Positions 26,201 through 38,685 of a stretch of DNA of 64,000 nt are shown here, piece after piece. The notes beneath the pieces are model-generated. The model had not been told where the DNA came from, made no database searches, and worked only from the letters and a program-made list of their open reading frames with translations. The translations under genes were made by a program, and so were the position numbers. Numbering within the stretch: the first letter of the stretch is position 1; each line of letters opens with the position of its first letter. Source of the DNA: Ruditapes philippinarum (lineage: Eukaryota); the NCBI RefSeq assembly GCF_026571515.1, contig NW_026859154.1, positions 124,001 to 188,000 of the forward strand. The letters are read 5' to 3'.

Positions 26201-29200
26201 CAGGTTTGTAATATATAGAAAAGTGACATGGCTAGAAGTATTTGTTGAGATAAAATTTCGATGGATCTTAAATTCGTGGATTGACATACCAACGAAAACC
26301 ACGAAAATTCGTGCCCCACGAATAATAATGATTTTACAGTATATTAATGACAATAAAAGTAGAAATATGAAAGTATAATTTGAATAACATAAAAATAAAC
26401 ATTAAAGCGTTACGCCGTGAAACATGACAAATTCAAAAGGAAATGAAGAAAAAAATAGTTTATTTTTAGAACTATGTAGGATGTGTGGCTATCGTCCTTT
26501 TAAGGAAGAGCAAATCTCCTTAAATGATATAAATATCTTATCTAGCAGCATCTAACCTCGTTAACCATATCATCATATAGAAAGTAATATATTTATCTTA
26601 TTGTAAATGGTCACCCTGCAAGATAACATGCAAAACCGCGCTTCCTTTATTTATTTTGTACTGAAGTGGTCAGTTTTTTTGCGTGAATACACATACCATC
26701 TCGACTTCTTGCCATGTATTTTCATGTTTTCCTTTTTTTAATGTTTTTTTCTCCTTTTTTGTGCATATATATTGATATTTTGCCAATAGCCCTTCTAAGG
26801 GCTTTAATACAAATACATATAAAAGTTCTTCTTCTATTAAAATCTAACAAAGCGATGTTTTAAGAGGCGTCACTCAGAATGTGTGTAACGCTACGCGCAA
26901 TTCAATTCAGGTTATATAAAGCTTAAATGATAGAAACGTATGTTTGTTTTACAAGCTCAAATTGCGTGTATGAAAAAACTGTTACATCCAACATGGGGAT
27001 ATTTCGTCTATCGCTTACGATGTTTGAAAAGAACAACGCATTAAAATGCATATTAAATAAAATTTAAAATTCGAGCAATGAATTTAAAAAAAAACATCAT
27101 ATTGTTTCTACACGATAAACATTTTTATTTAGCATACTTTTAGTATGTATTATTCTTATACTCCCTACCTCTAAGGCAAAGTATTGTATTTTTACAGAGA
27201 ACATTTTGCATATCTGAGCCACCACTCCTGTTATATTTTCCTTCCAATCTTTGACCTTTGCAATGGCCGTTTTATCATTTTCATCAATATTGCACTGTAT
27301 ATATAATTTCCTTTCCATTCCAGTATCAGGCCATATGATCTTCCCATGATGACTTTCTACAATTTCTTCAACATCTTTTTTGGGCTGTTGAGACTCTTGA
27401 AGAAAACTTGAAACAAACAAAATTGTATGTCGCAATTTATTTTACAGATACATTGATTACAAAAATAACAGTTCAATTTTACAGTAATGTAGGTATTTGT
27501 GCTAAATCAACAACAAAATTTTTGACTTCATAATTGTATACGTCCAGATATTTCAAAGCCGTTTGAAAATCTCTAAAGATAAATGAATGCAAACATTAAG
27601 AGTTCCGTTAATTAAAAATATATAGGAATAAGACACGTAGCAAGAATGATATATCATAACAAATAAGTAGTTTAGCCTGATTAATCGTCTGATTAATTAA
27701 GTATGTACCGGCAAATGTAGATATTAAGATCATCTATCTTAAAAGGTGCTGGTGTGTTCAAGAAGTATTCTTCGTCGCCAGCAAGAAACGGATAATAAAG
27801 GGACACTTCAAGTTCGGCTTCATTGAGCTTGTGTGGACCTGCCCTAACCAAGGCATCTGCATCTGTCCAAAAAATGTTTGAGATAAAATATTTATCTGCC
27901 TAGAATATATACAGTCTGTCATAACTGTACTGAGCAGTATGTTATGAAATTGAAAGGAAAATATTAACTTATTTTAACTGTCACTTGGTCACTCTGTATA
28001 TACCCTTGGATCGGCACAATGTCTGTTTCATAAACCTGTTCATCTTTGATACTGTAAATACTATATCTTGCTAGATGTTGAATCATCAGAAATAATTATC
28101 GCATATACATAATAAGGAAATTGTGTAAAGGGCGTACTTTAAACATCAACATTATGTTGCTATATATTTCCTTGTCACAAGACATACGCGTGTCTATATT
28201 CATTTCTCGGAGCTGCATCAGCTAAATGTAGAAGGCAAACAAGTTATTAAAATATCTATTGTCTTTCATGATTTCAAATCTCATTCAAATCTAGTGGACA
28301 GATTTGACCATTCTACAAATGTAAGAAATATGTATAAGCCGCCCGGTTTTTTTCAGCTACAGTTTTGTTGAAAAATACAATTAAGTCGGTGTAATTTAAA
28401 ATCAAAATTAAAGATCTAAATGAAAATCAAATTATGATCTGTGTTCGTGTGAAAAGTATATACTATTGTTTTTATGTATGCTGTTGAACTACAAAAGAAG
28501 ATTGCTTTGTTAATATGACAGGGAAATATTTAAAACACTATGACTTAAATCATAAGTATTTATAAAATAAAGACAAAGATAATATGATTTCCTTTTAAAA
28601 TACATTTTCTAAATACAGAGATATGAAAAATGTACCTTCATCTTTAGTAAATGAGATTATATAATCGTTCCAGACATCTCTGTATTTGATATATTTGATA
28701 TGATGAATTGATCCGTCTTTTGAGAACTGTTTTAAATAATGCTCCAATGCATTTGGTGTAGTTTCCATGGGAACGCCTTGAACACGAACTCTACATGTTC
28801 GTTCGACAGGTAATGGCATCCATTTTGTTTCGTTTGCTTTTAACTTACATTGGAACTCCGTCAAATCTGAAATGGTTAATGTTTACCACTACTAGCTACT
28901 GCACAAAAAAATCATTTTATTTTTCATTCATTTATTTATTTTTGCTATTACTTGATAGTTTATAATTATAAAGTATCTTTGTATATACCAAACAGTTTTA
29001 AAATCAACGGGTTTCAGCTTTCATTTTCTGTTGAAAAAATAATTCTGTGTAGTTTCAAACTACTAGTAAATATTTCAGTAATTTTATCCATATCAATGGT
29101 AAACCTTCTTCAAAATGGCGTCCCGAGAGCTATTTATAACGCGTAAGAAACGTTCGTTTCTAAAAATAGAATATCGGGGCTTTACAAATTTAAATATAGA

Positions 29201-32200
29201 GAGCGGACCGTTATACTAGAGGTGTCGTGGGGTCTTCGTTTATTGTATATGTACTTATCGTCGGAAAATTCTATTTTCCACCTTTATTCTTTTGATTTGG
29301 CATGTATATGAAACGATCTGGAAAAAAAATATTCAAGCTTTACAAAAGCTGAATGTCGCTTTAAATAATAACGTTTCAACTGCCTGGTGAAACACAGGTT
29401 GTTTACCGAACATGAAAACAAAAATTTGTAGGGGATACTTAAAGAGAAAAATACAATAAGTGACTCGCTAAGAGTAAGGATTTGTGTCGATCTAATGGAA
29501 AAAAAATAATATGAAATGACAAAATGTTTTTATTTACGTTTAAATCCGTTTTAAAAAGATGAATTTAGCATTTTTAAGTGCAGCAATACCCCCATTAGCA
29601 ATAATCAAGTAAATATTTATGAAAATTAAGTGTTTTAAGAAATTTAATAAGGGTCAAATGTGCACATAAGGAGATGTATATTTACCAAAAGGACCACAAA
29701 GTATTCCTCACTATGCTTTAAACGTATCAAACCATGTGAAAAACCATGTGAAAACATCAGTAGATGTAACTCGTAATTATGCATTAGGAATATCAAATAT
29801 GTTTGTCTTTAAGTAAACAAATTCGTTCTAATTTTGTCGTTGAAATAATATTAAGCTTACCTGTATTAGAATCAAAGACAAGCATTGCAATCGTAGGGTC
29901 GACACCTTTTATTACGCTCAATGGTTGTACTCCACATATTGATTTTATTTGACTCGAAACAAACTGAGTGGTGCTTTCTTCGTTTAACCCTAATAAAAGA
30001 ATTTTAGTGGGATCCAAAGACGTCTGTTCATAATGTGCAATTGACACGTGTTTCTCTTTTAGAATAAAATGTTTGCCCGATCTTGCTCTCTTCAATAATT
30101 CATCTGCAGCTGTAAATATAAAAGAAATGTTTTAGCATTGCAGTATTGAAATAATCTCAGTAACTAATTGTGTACCTAGGTAAATGGTTTTCACTTAATA
30201 CAAGCTCAAAAGACAATTATTTAATTAATCATTGCTTTTTCTTGTGTTTGTTATGATTTGAGCCGTGCCATGACAAAACCAACATAATGGGTTTGCGACC
30301 AGCATGGATCTAGACCAGCCTGCGCATCTGCGCTGTCTGATCAGGATCCATGCTGTTTGCTATTAGTTTCTCTACTTGTTATAGGGTTTGTAAGCGAACA
30401 GCATGGACCCTGATCAGACAGCTGGTCTGGATCCATGATGGTCGCAACATTATGTCATTTAATCCATAGCACGCTTCCATCAACTAATTCTATCTAAGCA
30501 ACCAGTGTAGACAAATATCAGCCGCAACATCAGTGCCGTCTCTGTTTCTTTCGCTACTCAGTCCATACATATTTTGCAAATTTCCGTAAAATGATAAAGG
30601 GTTTTTCCAGAATCAAAGTAGAGAAGCTAATGTAAGAAATTTTCAGAGGTAAGGTTAAAATTACCTGTTGAGTTTTTAAGCGTTACGACGGCTTCTTTCA
30701 GTGTTCTATTCAAAGTGATATCTTCAAAGTCGTCACCCTTTGACAATAACTCTCTTTCAATATTAACATGGATTTCCTTGATAGATATATCATTAGGGAC
30801 TTCGTCTAATATAATTTTCCTTAAACGATCTGATGCTATGTCAGGTTGTGAAGGATCAATTATATGCAGAGGCTGTAAAATACCATCTGTTGAGTCAGAA
30901 AACGTGTTTATTTTTGTAGGTCTAGGTGTTTTTGGTAATTCTGGAGGAACATCTTTTGGTGAAAGATTCATTTCTTCATAGTTTATTTCATTATAGATAT
31001 GATCTTCAGGTAATGTAGGTACAGGAGGAGGACCCTCGGGTGATTTGGGCTTAATTGTGTCCGGTTGACTGTCACTTACCTCAGTGTTTATGTTGTCTGA
31101 AAAATAAGAAGATTTTACATTATACATTTTAACATGGCTCGTTATCATATCACTATATACAACGATGAAAATAAGCGGTGTTTAGCAACAAACATAATTA
31201 ACGAAGTTCATGTAAATACGGCTGTTCTATTTAAACATTTTTTTCTCGGACGACATGGATAAACAAAGTAACAATAATGTAGCATTTTTATTGATATTTT
31301 CCTTTTTGCATATTTGATTTTCATATAATGCTAAGATAATCCCAAATACACTGAAGTGATAGGTTTTTAATTTTATCTTTATCAAGATAAAAGTGTATAT
31401 AAGAAGTATCTTAAATGATTCGTAAGATGCGTAATAGCGTCATCATTAGTACGCAACTCATTCATAAAGGCTCGAATATGACGTCATTGTAACCTTACAT
31501 AGGTAGGGGGTAATGGTTGATTTATCGAGCACCAAGAAAATGAATGTAAACTCAATACAATCAGGACAATGCGAAAGGTGTTGACAGATAACATTTGAGA
31601 GAAAAAAACAACAAAGATAACTACGATCTAATACCTTGTGCGGAAATATTTAATTCGGTAGCGGAAATAATATTATTAAATGGCGTTCGTGATAACCCCT
31701 TTTTTTACTTGTTAAAATCGATATATTATTTTTCTGAGGTGTGTTAATCGGTTACATAACACCTGTTTGTCGTTTTGACGCAACAAAATTAAACCGCTAA
31801 TGCTTAATTTCCAATTTGACATCTTTTATTAAAATCAATGCATGTAAATAAAAGAATTTAGTCAATATTTTGTTTTCATATTGCTAAAACAGTTCCTTCA
31901 ACCAAACATGTAGCAAATTTAATCAGCTTACCCTTTGTAGATCCATAAATGCTAATAATGCTTTCCTTTCCTTGTGCATGACTCATGTCCACATAAATAT
32001 CCTCATCATCATCTTCACATCTTTGGAGTTTACCAGAATCAGATTCATTATCTGGGTCCTTTTCAATAGAAACAAGACTTTTCTCCTTTAAATCACCAGA
32101 TGAAGGTTCTAACTGAAGAGTCTTATTTTCTTTAACCGCAATGTTCATGTCACAGCTTTCAGTTTTATCCGTGTATGTTCCTTCATTTGGAGTAAGCTTT

Positions 32201-32547
32201 GTACTTTCAAATGTTTCGAAACTTGGCTTTTTCTCTAAACTTTCCGTATCATGTTGATGAGTATTTTCACTTGGGTGATTTTCGTCAACATGTTTTTTGG
32301 AATCAATCCTGTTCTCCTTTTCATTGCATTGATCCTGATTATATTTTATTTCATTTCCATTTAGTGTTTGTTTGTCTTTATTTATGTCATCAAGATCGTC
32401 GCCTGAGCATTTTGCATTGTTTGCAGGTAAAACATGTTCAATCTCTTCTGATTTTTCTATTTTACTTTTACTTGCATTTGTTGAAACAGGTGTAACATTC
32501 GTTTCATCTTCAACGTTTTCGGGCATCTCCTCAATATTTCGCTCCAT
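17283..32547 (-). CDS. PARP14: Gene A: PARP14/PARP9-family macrodomain protein (disordered N-terminus, RRM-like, KH-like, 3 macrodomains), about 1673 aa, 19 coding exons, no WWE/ART domain seen
   Basis: Exons joined by hand with matching phases: 32547-31932, 31096-30665, 30109-29861, 28866-28636, 27862-27709, 27406-27169, 25721-25419, 25201-25123, 24954-24064, 23846-23412, 23097-23006 (GC donor), 22783-22550, 21896-21675, 20241-20130, 19526-19491, 19179-19006, 18476-18285, 17977-17789, 17425-17283 (TAA). Total 5022 nt. Macro motifs: KGDITEAEVDFIV..SIAFPPLGAGRF; VDVIVNST..SIAFPVLATG; QGDITKADTAVIVNS..SVSFPAMGTG. The symbol denotes family, not proven orthology. Confidence 0.88.
17789..19179 (-). 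CDS. Gene A macrodomain 3 (exons 16-18)
   Basis: IGHVTVSIQQGDITKADTAVIVNSVSSDLNLDTGEISKSILRAAG..TSSGSLICQKIIHV..SVSFPAMGT|GGKGFP..LKSIKIVVYD. Confidence 0.9.
21278..21412. mobile_element. Degenerate palindromic (foldback) element terminus in a gene A intron
   Basis: Arms TTTGTTGTGTAAGATG..TTTTATTTC..AAACAGTAT and ATACTGTTT..AAATAAAA..CATCTTAAACAAACAAA around a GCCACTCGTGAG centre. Confidence 0.45.
21675..23097 (-). CDS. Gene A macrodomain 2 (exons 11-13)
   Basis: EIVTGSLVSQD|VDVIVNSTNSELNLRIGRLSKAIVKDGG..AGNLKCKAIYHG..|VLNCFVQSCL..SIAFPVLATGTHSFP. Confidence 0.9.
23412..24200 (-). CDS. Gene A macrodomain 1 (end of exon 9 plus exon 10)
   Basis: CEIQILKGDITEAEVDFIVIPNESTFDHKYGLARTIIDK|GGFSIQRECQQY..TSSGHLPCREIIHVVLPVW..ATSIAFPPLGAGRFRYP. 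Confidence 0.9.
24200..27406 (-). CDS. Gene A exons 6-9: KH-like repeat region
   Basis: Lies between the RRM-like and macro1 regions. KH-like alpha/beta patterns (RVVIAGYQNDAEKWASRV, LVLKGRKQMVDSAVNKV, FAVKGERKSCKTAIAHL), as in PARP14. Confidence 0.62.
26007..26341. mobile_element. Tc1/mariner-like MITE
   Basis: TA-CTG...CAG-TA termini; repeated subterminal TCTTAAATTCGTGGATT and CCACGAA motifs. Confidence 0.55.
27709..31096 (-). CDS. Gene A exons 2-5: Pro/Tyr-rich linker and tandem RRM-like domains
   Basis: Translations KIILDEVPNDISIKEI..EAVVTLKN, KILLLGLNEESTTQFV..IAMLVFD, RVRVQGVPMETTPNALEHYL..YIISF and HKLNEAELEVSLYYPFL resemble the degenerate RRMs at the N-terminus of PARP14/PARP10-type proteins. 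GT-AG sites are in phase. Confidence 0.72.
30260..30455. mobile_element. MITE (GAG...CTC termini, Sola-like family), right end degenerate
   Basis: GAGCCGTGCCATGACAAAACCAACATA..CAGCATGGATC..; same family as the copies at 52417 and 53442. Confidence 0.8.
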
Positions 32548-32967
32548 ATTTATTTATTATCTGCAACAGTTCGTGAGCATAACCCAATAAATTTCTTTTT
32601 TGTTTGTGAAACTGAAGAGAAAAGGACTCAAGATATAAAAATCGCCATTTCTATTAATGTTAAAAAACAACAACACGTCAATCACGTGACCACAGTACTA
32701 ATGTTTATTCATTTCAGTAACATTCAATGCAATCGGCTTTTATGCATAAAAACATCGGACTTTATTGAAAGTAGTTCTATCACGTGGTTTTAGATGTTAA
32801 CAAAACAGAGGGTGTAACCTTTGATAATGTATAACGAACTTATATATTTGACATCCAAAGGAAAAATAAAATTATAATTGAAAATATATATGACAATCTT
32901 AATCAATTAAAATAAATGCACTTTAATGTAACAGATCCGGAAAAATGCCAACAGGTAGACGTTTTGT

Positions 32968-32979
32968 ACTTTCGGTTTC
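32968..32979 (-). promoter_or_regulatory. ISRE/IRF-E-like site upstream of gene A
   Basis: GAAACCGAAAGT on the gene strand, about 420 bp upstream of the ATG. Confidence 0.42.
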
Positions 32980-33796
32980 TACAAAAATAATAATAAAATT
33001 GCTGTTAACCTATACTCGTATATCTATAAATTCACTAAATTAAGGTTTAAGGTGGATATATATATTGAAATAAACGTATTCAACAACTCCAAGCAAAATA
33101 TTACTATTTGTAACATGTTTAGTTTCTTAGCGTAGGTAGGTTAGACCGAAACACCGTATGCGTGATGTGTAATCTTACTATTGTTTGCCAGGTTTGACGG
33201 AAAAGGCCGAGAAGATGCGATTGCCTCCATGATTAAATATAATAATGTCTCTAAGTCACAACTATAAGTCATTTAAATGCAATAATATATTTTGACATAC
33301 TTTGGGATTGTAACTATATATACATTGTATAATTTTTCATTACATGTTATCATGCTCTGAAAATATTTCATAGCATTTTTTCCGTTTAATTTGTTAAAAC
33401 ATCATGCACACGTATAATTTAGAATATCATTTTAAGATGACTTATAGCCCCATGTGGCCGGATGTTGACTGATTTATTTTATTTTGAAAATAAAAAAAAA
33501 TTGTATTTGGGAACACATGTCACTATAATGAACAATTTATCGAATTTTTGTCTATCTTCAAAAAATTAAAAGTCACGTAAGTACAACTTTCAGTTACTGA
33601 AATTCAATAATTATTATACATGTAAAACATTATACCATTTAAACGGCTTTCGGCTTTAATTTCTGTTGGTAATACAATTCTGTTTTATTAAAACTAAGTA
33701 TTATATGCAATTTTAAATCGAAAACTGCATTATTACACGCCGGCGTGATATGATATACATATGGGGAAAAATTGGCCTGTGTATTTGACGTCATAA

Positions 33797-33997
33797 GGCC
33801 AAAACAAAAAGATCTTGAGGTTCTGGTAACATGCTGAAAAATAATAGGGTAGGTAGGTCGGAAAAACTTTTTTTAATTAGTATTTTATTAAAATTTAACT
33901 GTATGTCAGATATATACGTTATAGGACACTCTAGGTTAGGTGCGGAAATACAGGGTCGGTCAGGTAACTGGAACCATAAGATCATTTTGTTTTGGCC
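33797..33997. mobile_element. PIF/Harbinger-type MITE
   Basis: TIRs GGCCAAAACAAAA[A/T]GATCTT; TSD TAA on both sides. Confidence 0.8.
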
Positions 33998-34424
33998 TAA
34001 TCTCGCGTGAATTAGTCTCGCGATAATTGTCATTTATTTTTTTTTATTTTTTTAAACATGAACGAATAAAGGTATATAATGAAGTTATTAATGATTTTTT
34101 ATTACAGTAATCATCGATCTTCCTTTCGCTCACACTGAAAAATACGAAAGTGACTTATAAAATTTTAGATATAGTATTTTAATTGAAATTTATAAAAATT
34201 TTAATCTTCATTTATTTGCATATTGTTTATACATTAGCTGAGACATCTATCTTCCTTTCGCTCATTGTGAACCTGACGAAAGTGACTTATTGAATATCAA
34301 ATATAGCGTTTAAACAGACTTTAATATTACTATTGCAGTTTGAAGAAAGTACAGTATGAATATGTTACATTTATATATTTTGTATAAATAATAATGTGTC
34401 ATAATTTCCTTACATATTTCACAA

Positions 34425-34868
34425 GTTGTGTATGGAATTGTATTGAGTTCCAACCAGTAGTTTTCAAGTTATGCTCTGGACAAGTAAAAAACAATGGAAA
34501 CGTAACAAAGGGCAATAACTATTTAATTACTCTGGACAGAGTAAAATGTCTTGTGCACTGCACTTCCTCTTATTGTGCTGGACCATTGTATGAAGTTGTT
34601 TTGAATTCCAACCAGTAGTTTTCAAGTTATGCACCGGACAAAGAAAAGTAACAAAGGGCAATAACTCTGTAATTAGTGAAGATGGAGTTATAATTCTCAT
34701 GCACTGCATTTCCTCTCAATGTGCTTGATCATTGTATGGAGTTGTATTGGATTCCAATCATTAATCTTCAAGTTATGCTCCGGACAAGGAAAATGCAACG
34801 GACCGCTAGACCGACCACCGAGTGCCTCCTATACACCCCTTCCCAAAACTTAGTTTCGTGGGTATAAA
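34425..34868 (+). mobile_element. Helentron-associated (pearl/DTC84-like) element, 5' truncated, with about 150-bp internal tandem repeats
   Basis: Repeats with periods 158 and 146 bp (TTCCAA.CA.TA.T.TTCAAGTTATGC; AAGGGCAATAACT), then a GACC/ACGG microsatellite-like tract and a 3' hairpin (TATAC..CCC...GGGTATA). This layout is known for bivalve HINE elements. Confidence 0.7.
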
Positions 34869-36600
34869 TATCGACAACTTAATCATATGTCAGCGTAACG
34901 AAGTAGGTAAGGTTGTCAGTTAATCTTCTAGTTAAATATCAATGCAAGACTGTTCGGATTGTACTTTTATCGCAAAATAATTTCTGTATATAAACAAATA
35001 AATACGAATATGTAATATTTATTATTGACGCAAAGACATGTTAAGTGTTGTCATAATTTCTATAAACATCTCATTTCACATTTTTTTAATCGTAATATCT
35101 AGCAATGTTGGTACAACCTTATACTGAATACTAAACGAATGAGTTTAAACGCACGAAATACTCGTGCACTGCACAAGTTCTATGACTACTGCATACCACA
35201 CAATACTAATATAAATATTATTACCGGTATATTTAACTTTTTAGATATTATGCATCTTTCGTAAAATTGAAAAAAAGGGAAACAAAATAAAAAAGAAAGA
35301 AAAACAACTTGTGAGGCTCGAACTCGTGAAGAAATTTAGTAGCATATGACTTTACAAATTTTGTCATCAAGACATTTAAAGTTCTTTTTCTATCTAGTAC
35401 TATATTCGCTTCTAAAACCCCGATACTAATTCAGACAAAGAGTGTTTACTTTTGCGTTTGTTTGTTTGATTTTACGCCTTTTCCCAACAGTATTTCAGTT
35501 ATATCATGCATATAGGCTGGTAGTTTCCTAAACATCGTTCCTACTTTTGCGTACACAGCAAATGCAACGTAACTCTCACATTATCATAGCGGCACTGTAT
35601 TGTTTGATTTTATTAACCTGTCAATTGCATACTGATTACACGGTCAATGCATACAATATATTTATCTTCGACAAATGATCGGTAAAGTTCGTGAGATGTA
35701 CTCAGTAACATTTGATTAAATTTAATTTGTTTCTATGAAATAGCTATACTGACCGTTATAGCGCAATAAGACAAACTACAGGTTTATAACTTCAAAATGT
35801 CCCACCTCTTGTAAGATCTAGACCGCTTTTGTCTATGTTTTTTTTTCTTATTTATATTTTCCACAGTTTTGAAGGTATGATTGATTTTTTTAAGTTGTTC
35901 TTTTTTATGTTTTGCATCTATTTTGGCAGACAATACGTTTTTTAAATAGCATGGTTTAAAAATCAAAATTAAAATTAATAAAGCTCATTTCAATGCACAA
36001 AACAAACAAATATGTGTTTCTAAGTTGTTCCATATCCGTTTAGACTATTTTGCAAGCCCTATTCATTAAAGCAACCTTCAAAAATAAAGAAAGAATTTGT
36101 CTAAAAACAATTGCAAAAGTATGGATCGAACCATAAACCTCTAATATATGAGTTAATCACTCAACCGACAGTGCTATTGCTGATATAACCAGAACATAAA
36201 CATTCAGATAGTGTGACTCTTCAAAATATTAGTCATAAACATGTACTCCAAATTAATTCTCGTAATCTATACGGACAGACCCGAAGTGGTATCGGATATT
36301 AAGATGAGTGCTATATTATGTATTCATAAATGACAGGTCAATAAAATCAGACTATAATTCTGTGTCAAGTGAAACATAACAACCGCTAGGTCGTGATAAA
36401 TGCAAATTATCTTTTATGCATATTAAATAACTGTAAACAAATATATTGATGTTTTAGACCCGTTTTGTGTGGTAGAGTAGCTTACAAGGAAGAATAACTT
36501 TCAGTCACATAAATACAATCATAACTTTCTGTCATTGAAATGCAATATAAACTTTCAGTCACGCAAATACAATATTAAGTATAAAAACTAACATATAAGT

Positions 36601-36956
36601 TATGGTGGCTGATTTGTGCCATTCGTGTTTTCACCACGCGACCCTGCCTAGGGAAAAGTCGAGAATTAACAAGTTAAAATGGCGGGGGCGTGGAGCAAAA
36701 ACATGCTTATAAGTGAGAGCGCGTTTTATTTATTAAACTTCACCGCGGGGGGGGGGGGGGCGGAGCGAGAGCAGGGAGCGGATCGAGATTTAAGGAATTA
36801 AATAAAACTTCCCGCCGCGCCCCGCCGCTTTATTTCTTATATCTCGCTCCGGGCCCCCGCGGGGCGAAATTTTATTTATTCAACTTGTTAATTTTCGACT
36901 TTTCGCTTGGCGGGGTCGCGGGGCGAAAACACGAACGGCACAAATCAGCTATCATA
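36601..36956. mobile_element. GC-rich palindromic MITE, IS3EU-like
   Basis: About 75-bp TIRs TATGGTGGCTGATTTGTGCC..AACAAGTT / AACTTGTT..GGCACAAATCAGCTATCATA; 6-bp TSD ATAAGT (36595-36600, 36957-36962). TAY..RTA ends with a 6-bp TSD fit IS3EU. Confidence 0.8.
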
Positions 36957-37498
36957 ATAAGTGTTTTTACGAAGTATTTCCAGCTTTCCTTTGGGAGAAA
37001 ACATCAGGTTTTCTTCCGTGCATTATTTCTGCCACGTGCCTGCTAGGCACCTGAGTAGAACCGACGACGTCCTGTAAGTTAGCAGATTAGCTTCCTCACA
37101 TGAAAGAATCCAAAGACCCTAGCAGTATTCGGACAACGGTGAAAGGCAAATGGTTTGATGTAGGACGGCTATGTATAGCAAAACCATACTTTTCTGCATA
37201 AAGATAAGTTTGTTCTAATACAATCTGATCGAAGTTCAAATCTGCTTATTTCTTTCATGTGGATCTAATAACGACCGTATATGTTTCGCCTTCTTCATAA
37301 GTAAGACTTCCCCCAAGAACGCTATTTTAGCCATGCAATCAAACCGGTTTTTAAAAGATAGGCATTTGAAGAAGTATCTAAATACCGTTATCCGTGGAAG
37401 TAAAACAAATTGTTGATTTTTGTTAGAAAAAAAGTTTAAAGTAATTTTCAATAAATTAACTTGAACAATTTTAATGGGATCAGTTTACCTGTCGGCTA

Positions 37499-38685
37499 TA
37501 GACCTTTTTACGACGCGGTCCGTTGCTATGAAAAATTGACCGGAAGTAGTATTTTCTCGCGCATGCGCAATCTGCGTAGGGCAAAAAAGCGTTGCCCTAC
37601 ATAGATTTGTAGTAGAAATTCATAGATAATGCCGAGTTAGTTTAAGGTAAAAATTAGGAAATCAAATAGCTTTTTACACAAACATGAAAGATACATTTAT
37701 AGCTTTGTGGCCAAAATTGCCACAAAAAGGCACGGAAAAGACGATTGTTTAAGAATTCCCCCTTACGATCACGGACATGACAATGAGATAATTGTTGTAA
37801 AAAATGTCGAAATATATATATTATCAAATAAAGAAGTCAATTTAATTGTTGTTGAAATTGTTCTTATAAATCTAAAGAAATTTTATAACATATAAAATAG
37901 AGGTTTATTATTATTCTGAAAATAAGTCGGAACACGTGATAATTAATGCATTTTTAGTTTTCAGCTTACCTTATATTATCCTTAATCCGACTTGACTGTG
38001 ATGCCAAGAAGAAACTTTTAAAGACACAAGATATATTTAAATAATGTTTCAAACTCTTGAAAGGTTAAGATAGGTTGTTTAATAACACACATTTTAACAC
38101 ATGGAAATGCACGCCACGTACACTATTTAATTGTCACTTCACAAAATTAATAAACATTGATGGTATAAACTTTTAAAATGTAACTGAAATTACGATAATT
38201 TCATAGTTTTATGTGATTAACTATGTCATGGTACTAAAACGTCCCGGTTAAATGATACTGAAAACTATAGCTGGCAAATAACATTTAAGCGGTCACTCGA
38301 TCACGTTTCAATCCGTTTGACACTTACCGCCTTGCCAATCCACTTTATAATAAAAGTGTATCTTTTACACCCTGCTGTTTCAATTCAAGTTACTGATGAA
38401 AAAGTCATTGTATGATACCTTGAACAGGACTTTAGGCCTTGAATTATTAGTCCCGCTAACTTTGTATATCTGTTATAAATATCAATTCACGTTTGAAGTA
38501 CTTACCGCTTAAATTCATCACAAAAAAGTCTGTTTTCAGGGTGACATAACTTATAATTCATCTTTTCTAGCCTTCAAGTACGCTAAATGTAGTCTATCGT
38601 TATTGCGCTTTTGCCCTACGCAAAATGAGCATGCGCGAAATGCAACATCGGTTGCTATGGACAAATCGTAGTGTAAAAAGGTCTA
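37499..38685. mobile_element. Non-autonomous TIR DNA transposon, about 1.19 kb, TAG...CTA (Academ-like) termini
   Basis: TAGACCTTTTTAC at 37499 and GTAAAAAGGTCTA ending 38685; inverted subterminal CGCGCATGC..TGCGTAGGGCAAAA blocks; no transposase ORF. Confidence 0.7.

Noticed and set aside
30715-32590. Plus-strand ORFs antisense to gene A exons (30715, 32199, 32372; also 24229, 21684, 19017) and to gene C (8361)
   Set aside because: Shadow ORFs of real minus-strand exons.
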